A stretch of 64,000 nucleotides of DNA from Deltaproteobacteria bacterium (lineage in GTDB: Bacteria > Desulfobacterota > Binatia > UTPRO1): assembly GCA_029262315.1 (NCBI GenBank), contig JAJCZP010000241.1, forward strand, positions 10,470 to 74,469, read 5' to 3'. The translations under genes were made by a program, and so were the position numbers. Position 1 is the stretch's first letter. The number at the start of each line of letters is the position of its first letter. The notes under the pieces are model-generated. The model saw only the letters and a program-made list of their open reading frames with translations. It searched no databases and had not been told where the DNA came from. Below, one piece after another: positions 56,654 to 64,000 of the stretch.

Positions 56654-58017
56654 ATCCAGCGATCTTTCGCGAGTACGACATACGAGGGGTCGCCGACCGC
56701 GACTACGATGAGAGCTTCGCACGTACGCTGGGTCTAGCGTATGCGACGAAGTTTGGTGCGGACGGGGTGAAGCGCATCTCGGTGGGGCGCGATTGTCGTC
56801 TCACGTCTGACAAGTACGCCGAGGCGCTGAAGGACGGTCTACGGGCCGGGGGCCTGAACGTGATCGACATCGGCATGTGTCCGACGCCGCTCACCTACTT
56901 CTCGCTCTTTCACCTCGATCTCGACGGCGGCATTCAGGTGACCGGCAGTCACAATCCGCCGGAGCACAACGGTTTCAAGATCTGCGTTGGCAAGACGACG
57001 ATCCACGGCGCGCAGATCCAAGAGCTTCGCACGCTCATCGAGGCGGGGAAGTTCCGCGAGGCGGAACGCGGTGGCGAGGAGAGCTACGCGATCATCCCCG
57101 CCTATCAGAAGCATCTGGACGAGCAATTCGGAACGTTGTCTCGCCCGTTGAAGGTCGTTGTCGATAGCGGCAACGGCGCCGCGGGCCCGGTGGCGCCGGG
57201 GGTCATCAAGGCGCTCGGGTGTGAGATGACCGAGCTCTTTTCCGAGCCCGACGGACGGTTCCCGAATCATCACCCGGATCCGACCGTCGAGGAGAACGTC
57301 GCCGATCTGATCGCCGCCGTCCGCGAGGGAGGTGCCGACGTGGGCGTCGCGTTCGACGGCGATGCCGATCGCGTCGGGCTGGTCGACGAGACCGGTCGCA
57401 TCCTTTGGGGCGACGAGATGTTGATCCTGTTCGCGCGCGATATCTTGAAAGACAAGCCGGGAGCCACCGTCGTCTCCGAGGTCAAATGCTCGCAGCGTCT
57501 TTTCGACGACATCGAGGCGAATGGTGGGCGCGCGATCATGTGGAAAGCGGGGCACTCGCTCTTGAAGGCGAAGATGCGTGAGACAGATGCCGCCCTCGGG
57601 GGCGAGATGAGCGGTCACATCTTCTTCGCCGACCGCTACTTCGGGTTCGACGATGGCATCTACGCCGCGTGTCGGATGCTCGAGGTCGTGGCCAAGTCCG
57701 GGCGCCCGTTGTCGGAGCTGTTGGCCGACCTGCCGACCGCGGTCAATACGCCGGAGATTCGGGTCGAGTGCCCGGACGACGTGAAATTCACCATCGCTGA
57801 GAAGGCGAAAGAGCGGTTTCGCGCCGAGGGCTACGACCTCATAGACGTCGATGGTGTGCGTGTGCGCTTTCCCGAGGGATGGGGGTTGATCCGCGCCTCC
57901 AACACCCAACCGGTGTTGGTCATGCGCTTCGAGGCGACGACCCCAGCCAAACTTGCGGAGTACCGCGGCATCGTCGAGCGTACCCTGGCCGAGATTCAGC
58001 GCGAGGCCGGCGTCTAG
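56650..58017 (+). CDS. Phosphomannomutase/phosphoglucomutase (alpha-D-phosphohexomutase family).
   Basis: Active-site [13 protein letters not shown], metal loop FDGDADR, and GEMSGH. Confidence 0.92.
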   Translation: MNPAIFREYDIRGVADRDYDESFARTLGLAYATKFGADGVKRISVGRDCRLTSDKYAEALKDGLRAGGLNVIDIGMCPTPLTYFSLFHLDLDGGIQVTGSHNPPEHNGFKICVGKTTIHGAQIQELRTLIEAGKFREAERGGEESYAIIPAYQKHLDEQFGTLSRPLKVVVDSGNGAAGPVAPGVIKALGCEMTELFSEPDGRFPNHHPDPTVEENVADLIAAVREGGADVGVAFDGDADRVGLVDETGRILWGDEMLILFARDILKDKPGATVVSEVKCSQRLFDDIEANGGRAIMWKAGHSLLKAKMRETDAALGGEMSGHIFFADRYFGFDDGIYAACRMLEVVAKSGRPLSELLADLPTAVNTPEIRVECPDDVKFTIAEKAKERFRAEGYDLIDVDGVRVRFPEGWGLIRASNTQPVLVMRFEATTPAKLAEYRGIVERTLAEIQREAGV

Positions 58018-58055
58018 TCAAGCCGGACGGGCGCATGTCGTGAACGCCGCCGGGC

Positions 58056-60902
58056 ATGCCTGAGTACATCGTCGTCCGCGGCGCCCGCGAGCACAATCTC
58101 AAGGACGTCACCGTCTCTATCCCACGGGGACGGTTGGTCGTGGTGACCGGGCTCTCGGGCTCCGGCAAGTCGTCGCTGGCGTTCGATACGCTCTACGCTG
58201 AGGGGCAGCGGCGTTACGTCGAGTCACTATCGGCGTACGCACGGCAGTTCCTCGAGCAGATGGAGAAGCCGGACGTCGACTCCATCGACGGGCTCTCTCC
58301 GGCGATCGCCATCGAGCAGAAGACCGCGGGCAAGAACCCGCGCTCGACGGTCGCGACCGTGACCGAGATCTACGACTATCTCCGGTTGCTCTTCGCGCGT
58401 GCGGGGAGGGCCCATTGCCCCGAGTGCGGGGAGGCCATCGCATCGCAGACCGTGCAGCAGATCGTCGATCGCATCATGGCACTTCCCGAGAAGACCCGGC
58501 TGCATCTCTACGCGCCAGTCGTGCGTGGTCGGAAGGGCGAGCATCGCCAGGAACTCGATGGACTGCGGCGTGCCGGTTTCGTGCGTGTTCGCATCGACGG
58601 CGTGCTGCGTGAGCTCCAGGACGATATCGAACTCGCGCCCCGCACGGCGCACACGATCGAGGTGCTGGTCGATCGCCTCGTCATGCGTGCTGGTCTCGAG
58701 AAACGGCTTGCCGACTCGCTCGAGGTCGCGTTCACCCACGGGGGGGATATCGTCGCGGTCGAGCGACTGGGCGAGGGCGATACGGTGGAGGAATCGACGC
58801 TCTTTAGCCGACGGTTCGCGTGCGTACGCTGTGGAGTATCGTTGCCCGAGCTCAGTCCCCGCCTCTTCTCGTTCAATAGTCCGTACGGTGCGTGTCCCGG
58901 ATGCAACGGCCTGGGCGTGAAGCGCTATTTCGATCCCGACCGCCTGGTCGTCGACGGCCGAAAGAGTCTGGCCCAGGGGGCAGTCGCGGCGCTCGATCGC
59001 AAAACGGCTGGTCAACTGCGCACCATGTTCACGGCGCTTTCGCGCCACTATGACTTCTCGCTCGACGCTCCGTTCGAAGAACTCTCGGCCGCGGCCCGGA
59101 AAGTCGTGCTCCACGGAACGAAGGGCGTTGCCGTCGACATCGAGATCGTCCGCGGGGAACGTCAGGATACCCTCTCGCGCGTTTGGGAAGGCCTCGTGGC
59201 GTTTTTCGATCATCGATATCGGACGTCGGATTCGCATTGGCTCCGTGAGGAGTTGGAGCGGTTCATGAGCGCGCGACCCTGCGGCGACTGCAACGGCGCT
59301 CGTCTGCGGCGAGAGAGCCTTGCCGTTCGGGTGGGCGATCGGACCATTCCCGAGGTCGGGCAACTCTCGGTCCAAGCCGCGGCGGACTTCATCTCCGACC
59401 TCGTACTTGGCGAGCAGGAGTCGGCGATCGCCCGCCCGATCCTGAAGGAGATCCGCGAGCGCCTGGGCTTTCTCACCGAGGTTGGGCTCGGCTATCTGAC
59501 GCTCGACCGCGCTGCCGCGACGCTCTCGGGAGGCGAGAGCCAGCGCATTCGGCTTGCGACCCAGATTGGCGCGCGCCTGAGCGGGGTGCTCTACATTCTC
59601 GACGAGCCCTCGATTGGCCTGCATCCGCGTGACAACGCTCGCCTGCTCGCCACGCTGCAGAGCCTCCGCGACCTCGGGAATACCGTGGTGGTGGTCGAGC
59701 ACGATCGCGAGACGATGCTCGCCGCGGACCACCTGATCGACATGGGTCCGGGCGCGGGAGTGCACGGCGGCCACGTCGTTGCGGCGGGTACGCCGGCCGA
59801 GGTGATGGCGAATCCGTCCTCGCTGACCGGCCGGTATCTCACGGGGGCAGCGGCCATTCCCGTGCCTGACAAGCGACGTGCGGGCCCAGGGTTTAGCCTC
59901 GTCGTTCGTGGTGCGCGAGAACACAATCTCAAGAACGTCACCGTTGAGATCCGGCTCGGTACCATCACCTGCGTCACCGGTGTCTCCGGGTCCGGTAAGA
60001 GTTCGTTGGTCGTGGATACGATCACCAACGCACTCCGACAGCGACTCGGGGGAGGTCGCGAGGCCGTTGGCGCGCACGACGAGATTACTGGCTGGCAGCT
60101 CCTCGACAAAATCATCGACATCGATCAGGCACCGATCGGGCGTACCCCGCGCTCGAATCCGGCGACGTACACTGGCCTGTTCGGCCCTATCCGTGAGGTG
60201 TTCGCGCAGCTCCCCGAGTCACGTGCGCGCGGGTATGATGCCGGGCGCTTCTCGTTCAACGTGCGTGGTGGCCGGTGCGAAGCGTGTAAGGGCGACGGGG
60301 TCTTGCGGATCGAGATGCACTTTTTGCCCGACGTCTTCGTCACCTGCGAGGTGTGCCGCGGTTCGCGCTATGCGCGGGAGACGCTCGAGGCGGAGTATCG
60401 CGGCAAGAGCATCGCCGCGGTGCTCGATCTGACGGTGGCCGAGTCGCTCGAGTTCTTCGCCAGTTTTCCCGCGATCCGCACGCGTCTGACGGCCCTCCAC
60501 GACGTCGGGCTGGGGTACCTTCGGCTCGGTCAGGCGGCGACCACCCTGGCCGGTGGCGAGGCGCAGCGGGTCAAGCTCGCGCGTGAGTTGGCGCGTCGGG
60601 CGACCGGAAAAACGCTGTACGTGCTCGATGAGCCGACCACCGGGCTTCATTTCGAGGATGTCCGGCGTCTCCTGGGCGTCCTCGAACGGCTGGCCGATCA
60701 GGGCAATACGATTCTCGTGATCGAGCACAACCTGGACGTGATCAAGACTGCCGACCGGGTGATCGATCTCGGCCCGGAGGGGGGTGCCGGCGGTGGTCAG
60801 GTGGTGGCAGAGGGCACTCCCGAGGAAGTGGCCGCCGCATCCGGCTCGCATACGGGGCGTTTGCTGCGGGAGATGCTGGGGCGTCCCCCCGAGTCCAGGT
60901 AG
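58056..60902 (+). CDS. uvrA: Excinuclease ABC subunit A.
   Basis: Two ABC modules ([14 protein letters not shown] and [11 protein letters not shown]), LSGGE signatures, and zinc-finger Cys clusters; 948 aa. Confidence 0.97.
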   Translation: MPEYIVVRGAREHNLKDVTVSIPRGRLVVVTGLSGSGKSSLAFDTLYAEGQRRYVESLSAYARQFLEQMEKPDVDSIDGLSPAIAIEQKTAGKNPRSTVATVTEIYDYLRLLFARAGRAHCPECGEAIASQTVQQIVDRIMALPEKTRLHLYAPVVRGRKGEHRQELDGLRRAGFVRVRIDGVLRELQDDIELAPRTAHTIEVLVDRLVMRAGLEKRLADSLEVAFTHGGDIVAVERLGEGDTVEESTLFSRRFACVRCGVSLPELSPRLFSFNSPYGACPGCNGLGVKRYFDPDRLVVDGRKSLAQGAVAALDRKTAGQLRTMFTALSRHYDFSLDAPFEELSAAARKVVLHGTKGVAVDIEIVRGERQDTLSRVWEGLVAFFDHRYRTSDSHWLREELERFMSARPCGDCNGARLRRESLAVRVGDRTIPEVGQLSVQAAADFISDLVLGEQESAIARPILKEIRERLGFLTEVGLGYLTLDRAAATLSGGESQRIRLATQIGARLSGVLYILDEPSIGLHPRDNARLLATLQSLRDLGNTVVVVEHDRETMLAADHLIDMGPGAGVHGGHVVAAGTPAEVMANPSSLTGRYLTGAAAIPVPDKRRAGPGFSLVVRGAREHNLKNVTVEIRLGTITCVTGVSGSGKSSLVVDTITNALRQRLGGGREAVGAHDEITGWQLLDKIIDIDQAPIGRTPRSNPATYTGLFGPIREVFAQLPESRARGYDAGRFSFNVRGGRCEACKGDGVLRIEMHFLPDVFVTCEVCRGSRYARETLEAEYRGKSIAAVLDLTVAESLEFFASFPAIRTRLTALHDVGLGYLRLGQAATTLAGGEAQRVKLARELARRATGKTLYVLDEPTTGLHFEDVRRLLGVLERLADQGNTILVIEHNLDVIKTADRVIDLGPEGGAGGGQVVAEGTPEEVAAASGSHTGRLLREMLGRPPESR

Positions 60903-60910
60903 CCGCGAGG

Positions 60911-61045
60911 TTGACAGGCCACGTACGCTTATATAAGACTTATCAGGTCTGAATAGGGTGTGTAGGGAACCGGTTGAATTTGCAGGATAATCACCAGCCA
61001 CTCGCAGTCTAGTCGATTGACGCAGGCGGTCACCGAGGTTATACA
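60911..61045 (+). promoter_or_regulatory. Two candidate sigma70-type promoters and an AT-rich dyad in the 233-nt leader of the isc operon.
   Basis: P1 is TTGACA (60911-60916), 17 nt, TAAGAC (60934-60939). The dyad TATAAGAC-TTATCAG-GTCTGAATA (60932-60955) overlaps the P1 -10. P2 is TTGACG (61017-61022), 17 nt, TATACA (61040-61045). Confidence 0.4.
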
Positions 61046-61135
61046 AGAGTCGATGAGTCTGAATTCGACGACCTCGTTTCATCCCCAGGCCGGGGTGACC
61101 GCTCTCCAGAGCCGAGCAGGAGTTCCGGGAGTACA

Positions 61136-62353
61136 ATGAGCAACCGTATCTACATGGACAATCATGCCACCACGCCGATGGACCAGCGGGTTCTCGACGC
61201 CATGCTGCCCTACTTCACCGAGAAGTACGGCAACTCCGGCAGCCGCAATCACGCCTTCGGGTGGGAAGCGGAGGCGGGGGTCGATCAAGCCCGCGAGCGG
61301 ATCGCCAAGCTCATCAACGCCAAGCCGAAAGAGATCATCTTTACGAGCGGGGCGACGGAGTCGGACAACATCGCGCTGAAGAGCGTCGTCGAGTTCTACC
61401 GTGAGAAGGGCAATCACATCATCACGGCGACCACCGAGCACAAGGCCATTCTCGATGTGTGCAAGTCGCTCGAGCGGAAGGGCCTCGCCGAGGTCACCTA
61501 CCTCCCGGTCGACAAGCAGGGGCTCATCGATCTCGACCAACTGCGTGCCGCGATCACGGACAAGACCATCCTGATCTCGATCATGCACGCCAACAACGAG
61601 ATTGGCGTCATCCAGCCTATTCACGAGATCGGCAAGATCGCCAAGGAGAAGGGCGTGCTGTTCCACAGCGACGCCACCCAGGGCGTTGGCAAGGTTCCCG
61701 TCGATGTCGAGGCGATGGGCATCGATCTCATGTCGTTCAGTGGGCACAAAATGTATGGCCCGAAGGGTATCGGTGGTCTTTACGTTCGCGCGCGGAATCC
61801 GCGGGTTCGTCTGTCGCCGATGATCGAAGGCGGCGGCCAGGAGCGCGGAATGCGCTCGGGGACGCTCAACGTGCCAGGCATCGTCGGTCTCGGACGCGCG
61901 TGCGAACTCGCGGGCGAGGAGATGCAAGAAGAAAGCGCACGCTTGCTGCGATTGCGCGAGCGCCTGCGGAAGGCCCTGATGGACGATCTCGGGGACACCT
62001 ATCTCAACGGGCACCCTACTGAGCGTCTTCCCGGCAATCTCAACATCAGCTTCGAGTTCGTCGAGGGCGAGTCGCTCTTGATGGGGCTGAAAGACATTGC
62101 CGTTTCGTCGGGTTCAGCGTGTACGTCGGCAACGCTGGAGCCATCCTACGTACTGAAGGCCCTCGGTGTGGGCGACGAGCTTGCACATACTTCGATCCGC
62201 TTCGGCCTCGGTCGCTTCAACACCGAGGAAGAGGTCGACCGCGTGGCTGAGCGCGTTGTGTCCGAAGTGACGCGGCTGCGCGAGATGTCACCGCTCTACG
62301 AGATGGCGAAGGAAGGCATTGATTTGAAGTCGTACAACTGGGCGCGGGACTGA
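61136..62353 (+). CDS. iscS: Cysteine desulfurase IscS.
   Basis: PLP-Lys motif [12 protein letters not shown], active-site loop SSGSACTS; 405 aa. Confidence 0.96.
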   Translation: MSNRIYMDNHATTPMDQRVLDAMLPYFTEKYGNSGSRNHAFGWEAEAGVDQARERIAKLINAKPKEIIFTSGATESDNIALKSVVEFYREKGNHIITATTEHKAILDVCKSLERKGLAEVTYLPVDKQGLIDLDQLRAAITDKTILISIMHANNEIGVIQPIHEIGKIAKEKGVLFHSDATQGVGKVPVDVEAMGIDLMSFSGHKMYGPKGIGGLYVRARNPRVRLSPMIEGGGQERGMRSGTLNVPGIVGLGRACELAGEEMQEESARLLRLRERLRKALMDDLGDTYLNGHPTERLPGNLNISFEFVEGESLLMGLKDIAVSSGSACTSATLEPSYVLKALGVGDELAHTSIRFGLGRFNTEEEVDRVAERVVSEVTRLREMSPLYEMAKEGIDLKSYNWARD

Positions 62354-62391
62354 GCGCCTGCTACTGAGATTTGCGAGGAAGGACTTCCGAC

Positions 62392-62805
62392 ATGGCATAC
62401 AGCGACAAGGTAATCGATCACTACGAGAACCCACGGAACGTCGGTAGCTTCGACAAGGAAGAGCAGGACGTGGGCACGGGTATCGTCGGCGCGCCCGAGT
62501 GCGGTGATGTGATGAAGCTGCAGCTGAAGATTACCGACGCGGGCGTCATCGAGGATGCGCGCTTCAAAACCTTCGGATGCGGCAGCGCGATCGCCAGTTC
62601 GAGCTACGTCACCGAGCTCGTCAAGGGCCGGAAGGTCGAGGAAGCCTACGCGATCAAGAACACGCAGATCGTCGAGGACCTGAACCTGCCGCCGGTGAAG
62701 ATCCATTGCTCCGTCCTCGCGGAAGACGCCATCAAGGCCGCGGTCTCCGATTGGCGCAAGCGCAAGGGCCTCGATGACGAAGACCAAGACAAGAAGGTCG
62801 GCTGA
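62392..62805 (+). CDS. iscU: Fe-S cluster assembly scaffold IscU.
   Basis: MAYSDKVIDHYENPRNVGS, the three ligand Cys (GAPECGDV, FGCGSAIASS, IHCSVLAEDAI), and the LPPVK Hsc66-binding motif. Confidence 0.96.
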   Translation: MAYSDKVIDHYENPRNVGSFDKEEQDVGTGIVGAPECGDVMKLQLKITDAGVIEDARFKTFGCGSAIASSSYVTELVKGRKVEEAYAIKNTQIVEDLNLPPVKIHCSVLAEDAIKAAVSDWRKRKGLDDEDQDKKVG

Positions 62806-62814
62806 GGAATCGTC

Positions 62815-63141
62815 GTGGCAGGCATTCAAGTCAGTGACGACGCGGCCCAGAAGATTCACGGCCTCCTGGAGTCGGAGAACAAGCCCGACCATGGCCTGCG
62901 CCTCAAAGTCGTAGGCGGCGGCTGTTCGGGCTTGTCGTACAAGATCGATCTGGACATGCAGCGTGACGGTGACAAGATCTTCGAGAACGAAGGCGCCAAG
63001 GTGATCGTCGACCGCAAGAGCTTCCTCTACCTGAATGGTACCGAGCTGCATTGGGAAGATGGGCTCATGGAGTCGGGATTCAAGCTGCGCAACCCGAACG
63101 TCAAGCGGGCGTGCGGCTGCGGGGCCTCGTTTACCGTCTGA
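62815..63141 (+). CDS. iscA: Fe-S cluster insertion protein IscA/HesB family.
   Basis: GTG start with an SD. VVGGGCSGLSY and the C-terminal CGCGASF. Confidence 0.93.
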   Translation: MAGIQVSDDAAQKIHGLLESENKPDHGLRLKVVGGGCSGLSYKIDLDMQRDGDKIFENEGAKVIVDRKSFLYLNGTELHWEDGLMESGFKLRNPNVKRACGCGASFTV

Positions 63142-63184
63142 CCCGGCCCCGTTCGAGTCGACGGCATGCGACACGAGACACACA

Positions 63185-63859
63185 ATGACGACTCCCGGAT
63201 CCTCGACGGACACCACGATCTGTTCGGGCTGCGGTATGTCGGCAGCGAAGCAGTTGGTGTGCGACGGGTGTGGCGTGGTCCAGCCGCTCGTACGCGAGAC
63301 CGACTACTTCACTACCTTCGACCTGCCGCGTAATCTGGTCATCGATCTCGCAGAACTGCAGCAGCGCTACTACGCGCTCTCGCGTCGGCTGCATCCCGAC
63401 CTTCTGCACGATCGCTCGCCTGCGGAGCAGTTGGCCGGCTTGCGCGCGACGGCGCTCGTGACTCGCGCCTATCGCACGATCAAAGATCCCGTCCAGCGCG
63501 GTCTGTACTGGTTGTCGTTGCATGGCGAGTCGCTCGGACGCGACAACGAGCGCGTGCCACCCGAGCTTGCCGCGACGGTGTTCGAGGTGCAGGAGAAACT
63601 CGAAGACCTCCGGGCCGCACGAAACGGTGGCACGGCGGGCAGTGTCCAGGGCGAGGTCGAGGCGGTGCGGGGGGACCTCGCGGGGCGCATCGACGACGTC
63701 TACCGCCGCCTGCACGAGAATTTTGCGATGACGGATCGGAACACTACTGAGGGGACGGGCCACGCGAACGACCTCGTGGAGACGAAGGCCATCCTCTCCG
63801 AGTTGCACTATCTCAAGACGCTCGTCCGCGATGTCGACAAGGAACTCGAAGCAGCGTGA
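63185..63859 (+). CDS. hscB: Fe-S co-chaperone HscB (J-domain) with an N-terminal CxxC...CxxC zinc-finger-like extension.
   Basis: ICSGCG-x9-CDGCG, then DYFTTFDLP...LQQRYYALSRRLHPD (J-domain with the HPD motif). It sits between iscA and hscA. Confidence 0.85.
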   Translation: MTTPGSSTDTTICSGCGMSAAKQLVCDGCGVVQPLVRETDYFTTFDLPRNLVIDLAELQQRYYALSRRLHPDLLHDRSPAEQLAGLRATALVTRAYRTIKDPVQRGLYWLSLHGESLGRDNERVPPELAATVFEVQEKLEDLRAARNGGTAGSVQGEVEAVRGDLAGRIDDVYRRLHENFAMTDRNTTEGTGHANDLVETKAILSELHYLKTLVRDVDKELEAA

Positions 63860-63878
63860 AGAGTAGCGTAGGAGCCAC

Positions 63879-64000
63879 GTGGAACGAATAGTCGGCATAG
63901 ATCTCGGTACAACGAACAGCCTCGTTGCCTATCTCGACGACGATGGGCCCCGCGTCGTCGCCGATGGGGCGACCGGCCGTGTCAGTGTGCCATCGGTGGT
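63879..64000 (+). CDS. hscA: Fe-S chaperone HscA (Hsp70 family); only the N-terminal 40 codons are present, cut by the window edge.
   Basis: GTG start after [23 protein letters not shown] is the Hsp70 phosphate-1 motif. Confidence 0.8.
   Translation, partial: MERIVGIDLGTTNSLVAYLDDDGPRVVADGATGRVSVPSV

Overview
This is a GC-rich bacterial chromosomal segment, tightly packed with about 60 protein genes and one tRNA, and most of it is core housekeeping. I saw no transposase, integrase, phage gene or CRISPR array. Many long ORFs in the six-frame track lie antisense to conserved genes and are GC-composition artefacts.

Gene content from left to right:
- The 3' end of a complex I cluster (nuoL-nuoM), closed by a strong bidirectional terminator.
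- A mixed block: an OprO/P-type porin, a YiiX-like hydrolase, a MutY-like glycosylase with the catalytic domain only, an Nramp-like transporter, asd, an F420/LLM oxidoreductase, a LysR regulator, an MltD-like transglycosylase, a NUDIX hydrolase, and small membrane-anchored hypotheticals.
- ileS-lspA.
- A minus-strand block: amt-glnK-glnA, plsY, an SH3 protein, tRNA-Pro(CGG), and rpe-rsmB-fmt-def-priA.
- A 35-kb plus-strand block, starting with a type IVa pilus locus: minor pilins fimT/gspH-like, pilV, pilW, pilX and pilY1 plus a small secreted protein, then a 435-nt structured spacer, then pilMNOPQ.
- A shikimate supercluster (aroC, fused aroK-aroB, aroQ) interrupted by two surface lipoprotein genes.
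- A DUF1573 lipoprotein and a PfkB kinase.
- A QueG-like Fe-S::SCP2 fusion, a TetR regulator and an exported START protein.
- mfd-surA-pdxA-pmm, uvrA, and an isc operon (iscS-iscU-iscA-hscB-hscA) with no iscR.

The T4aP genes, a Myxococcus-type cysteine-rich repeat, DUF1573 and the F420-LLM enzyme suggest a Myxococcota- or deltaproteobacteria-like lineage. This is an inference, not a search result.

The observations I would follow up first:
1. A triple 26-aa tandem repeat in the NuoL lateral helix. It may mark a complex I with extra antiporter-like subunit(s). No nuoN follows nuoM.
2. The QueG-like::SCP2 / TetR / START lipid-handling module.
3. A C-depleted tandem-repeat spacer between the two pilus operons.
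4. A PilQ with a lipoprotein-type signal peptide and a long acidic linker.
5. A eukaryote-like zinc-finger HscB, in an isc operon that has a promoter-overlapping dyad but no iscR.

All calls rest on reading the sequence and on recalled family motifs. No searches were run.
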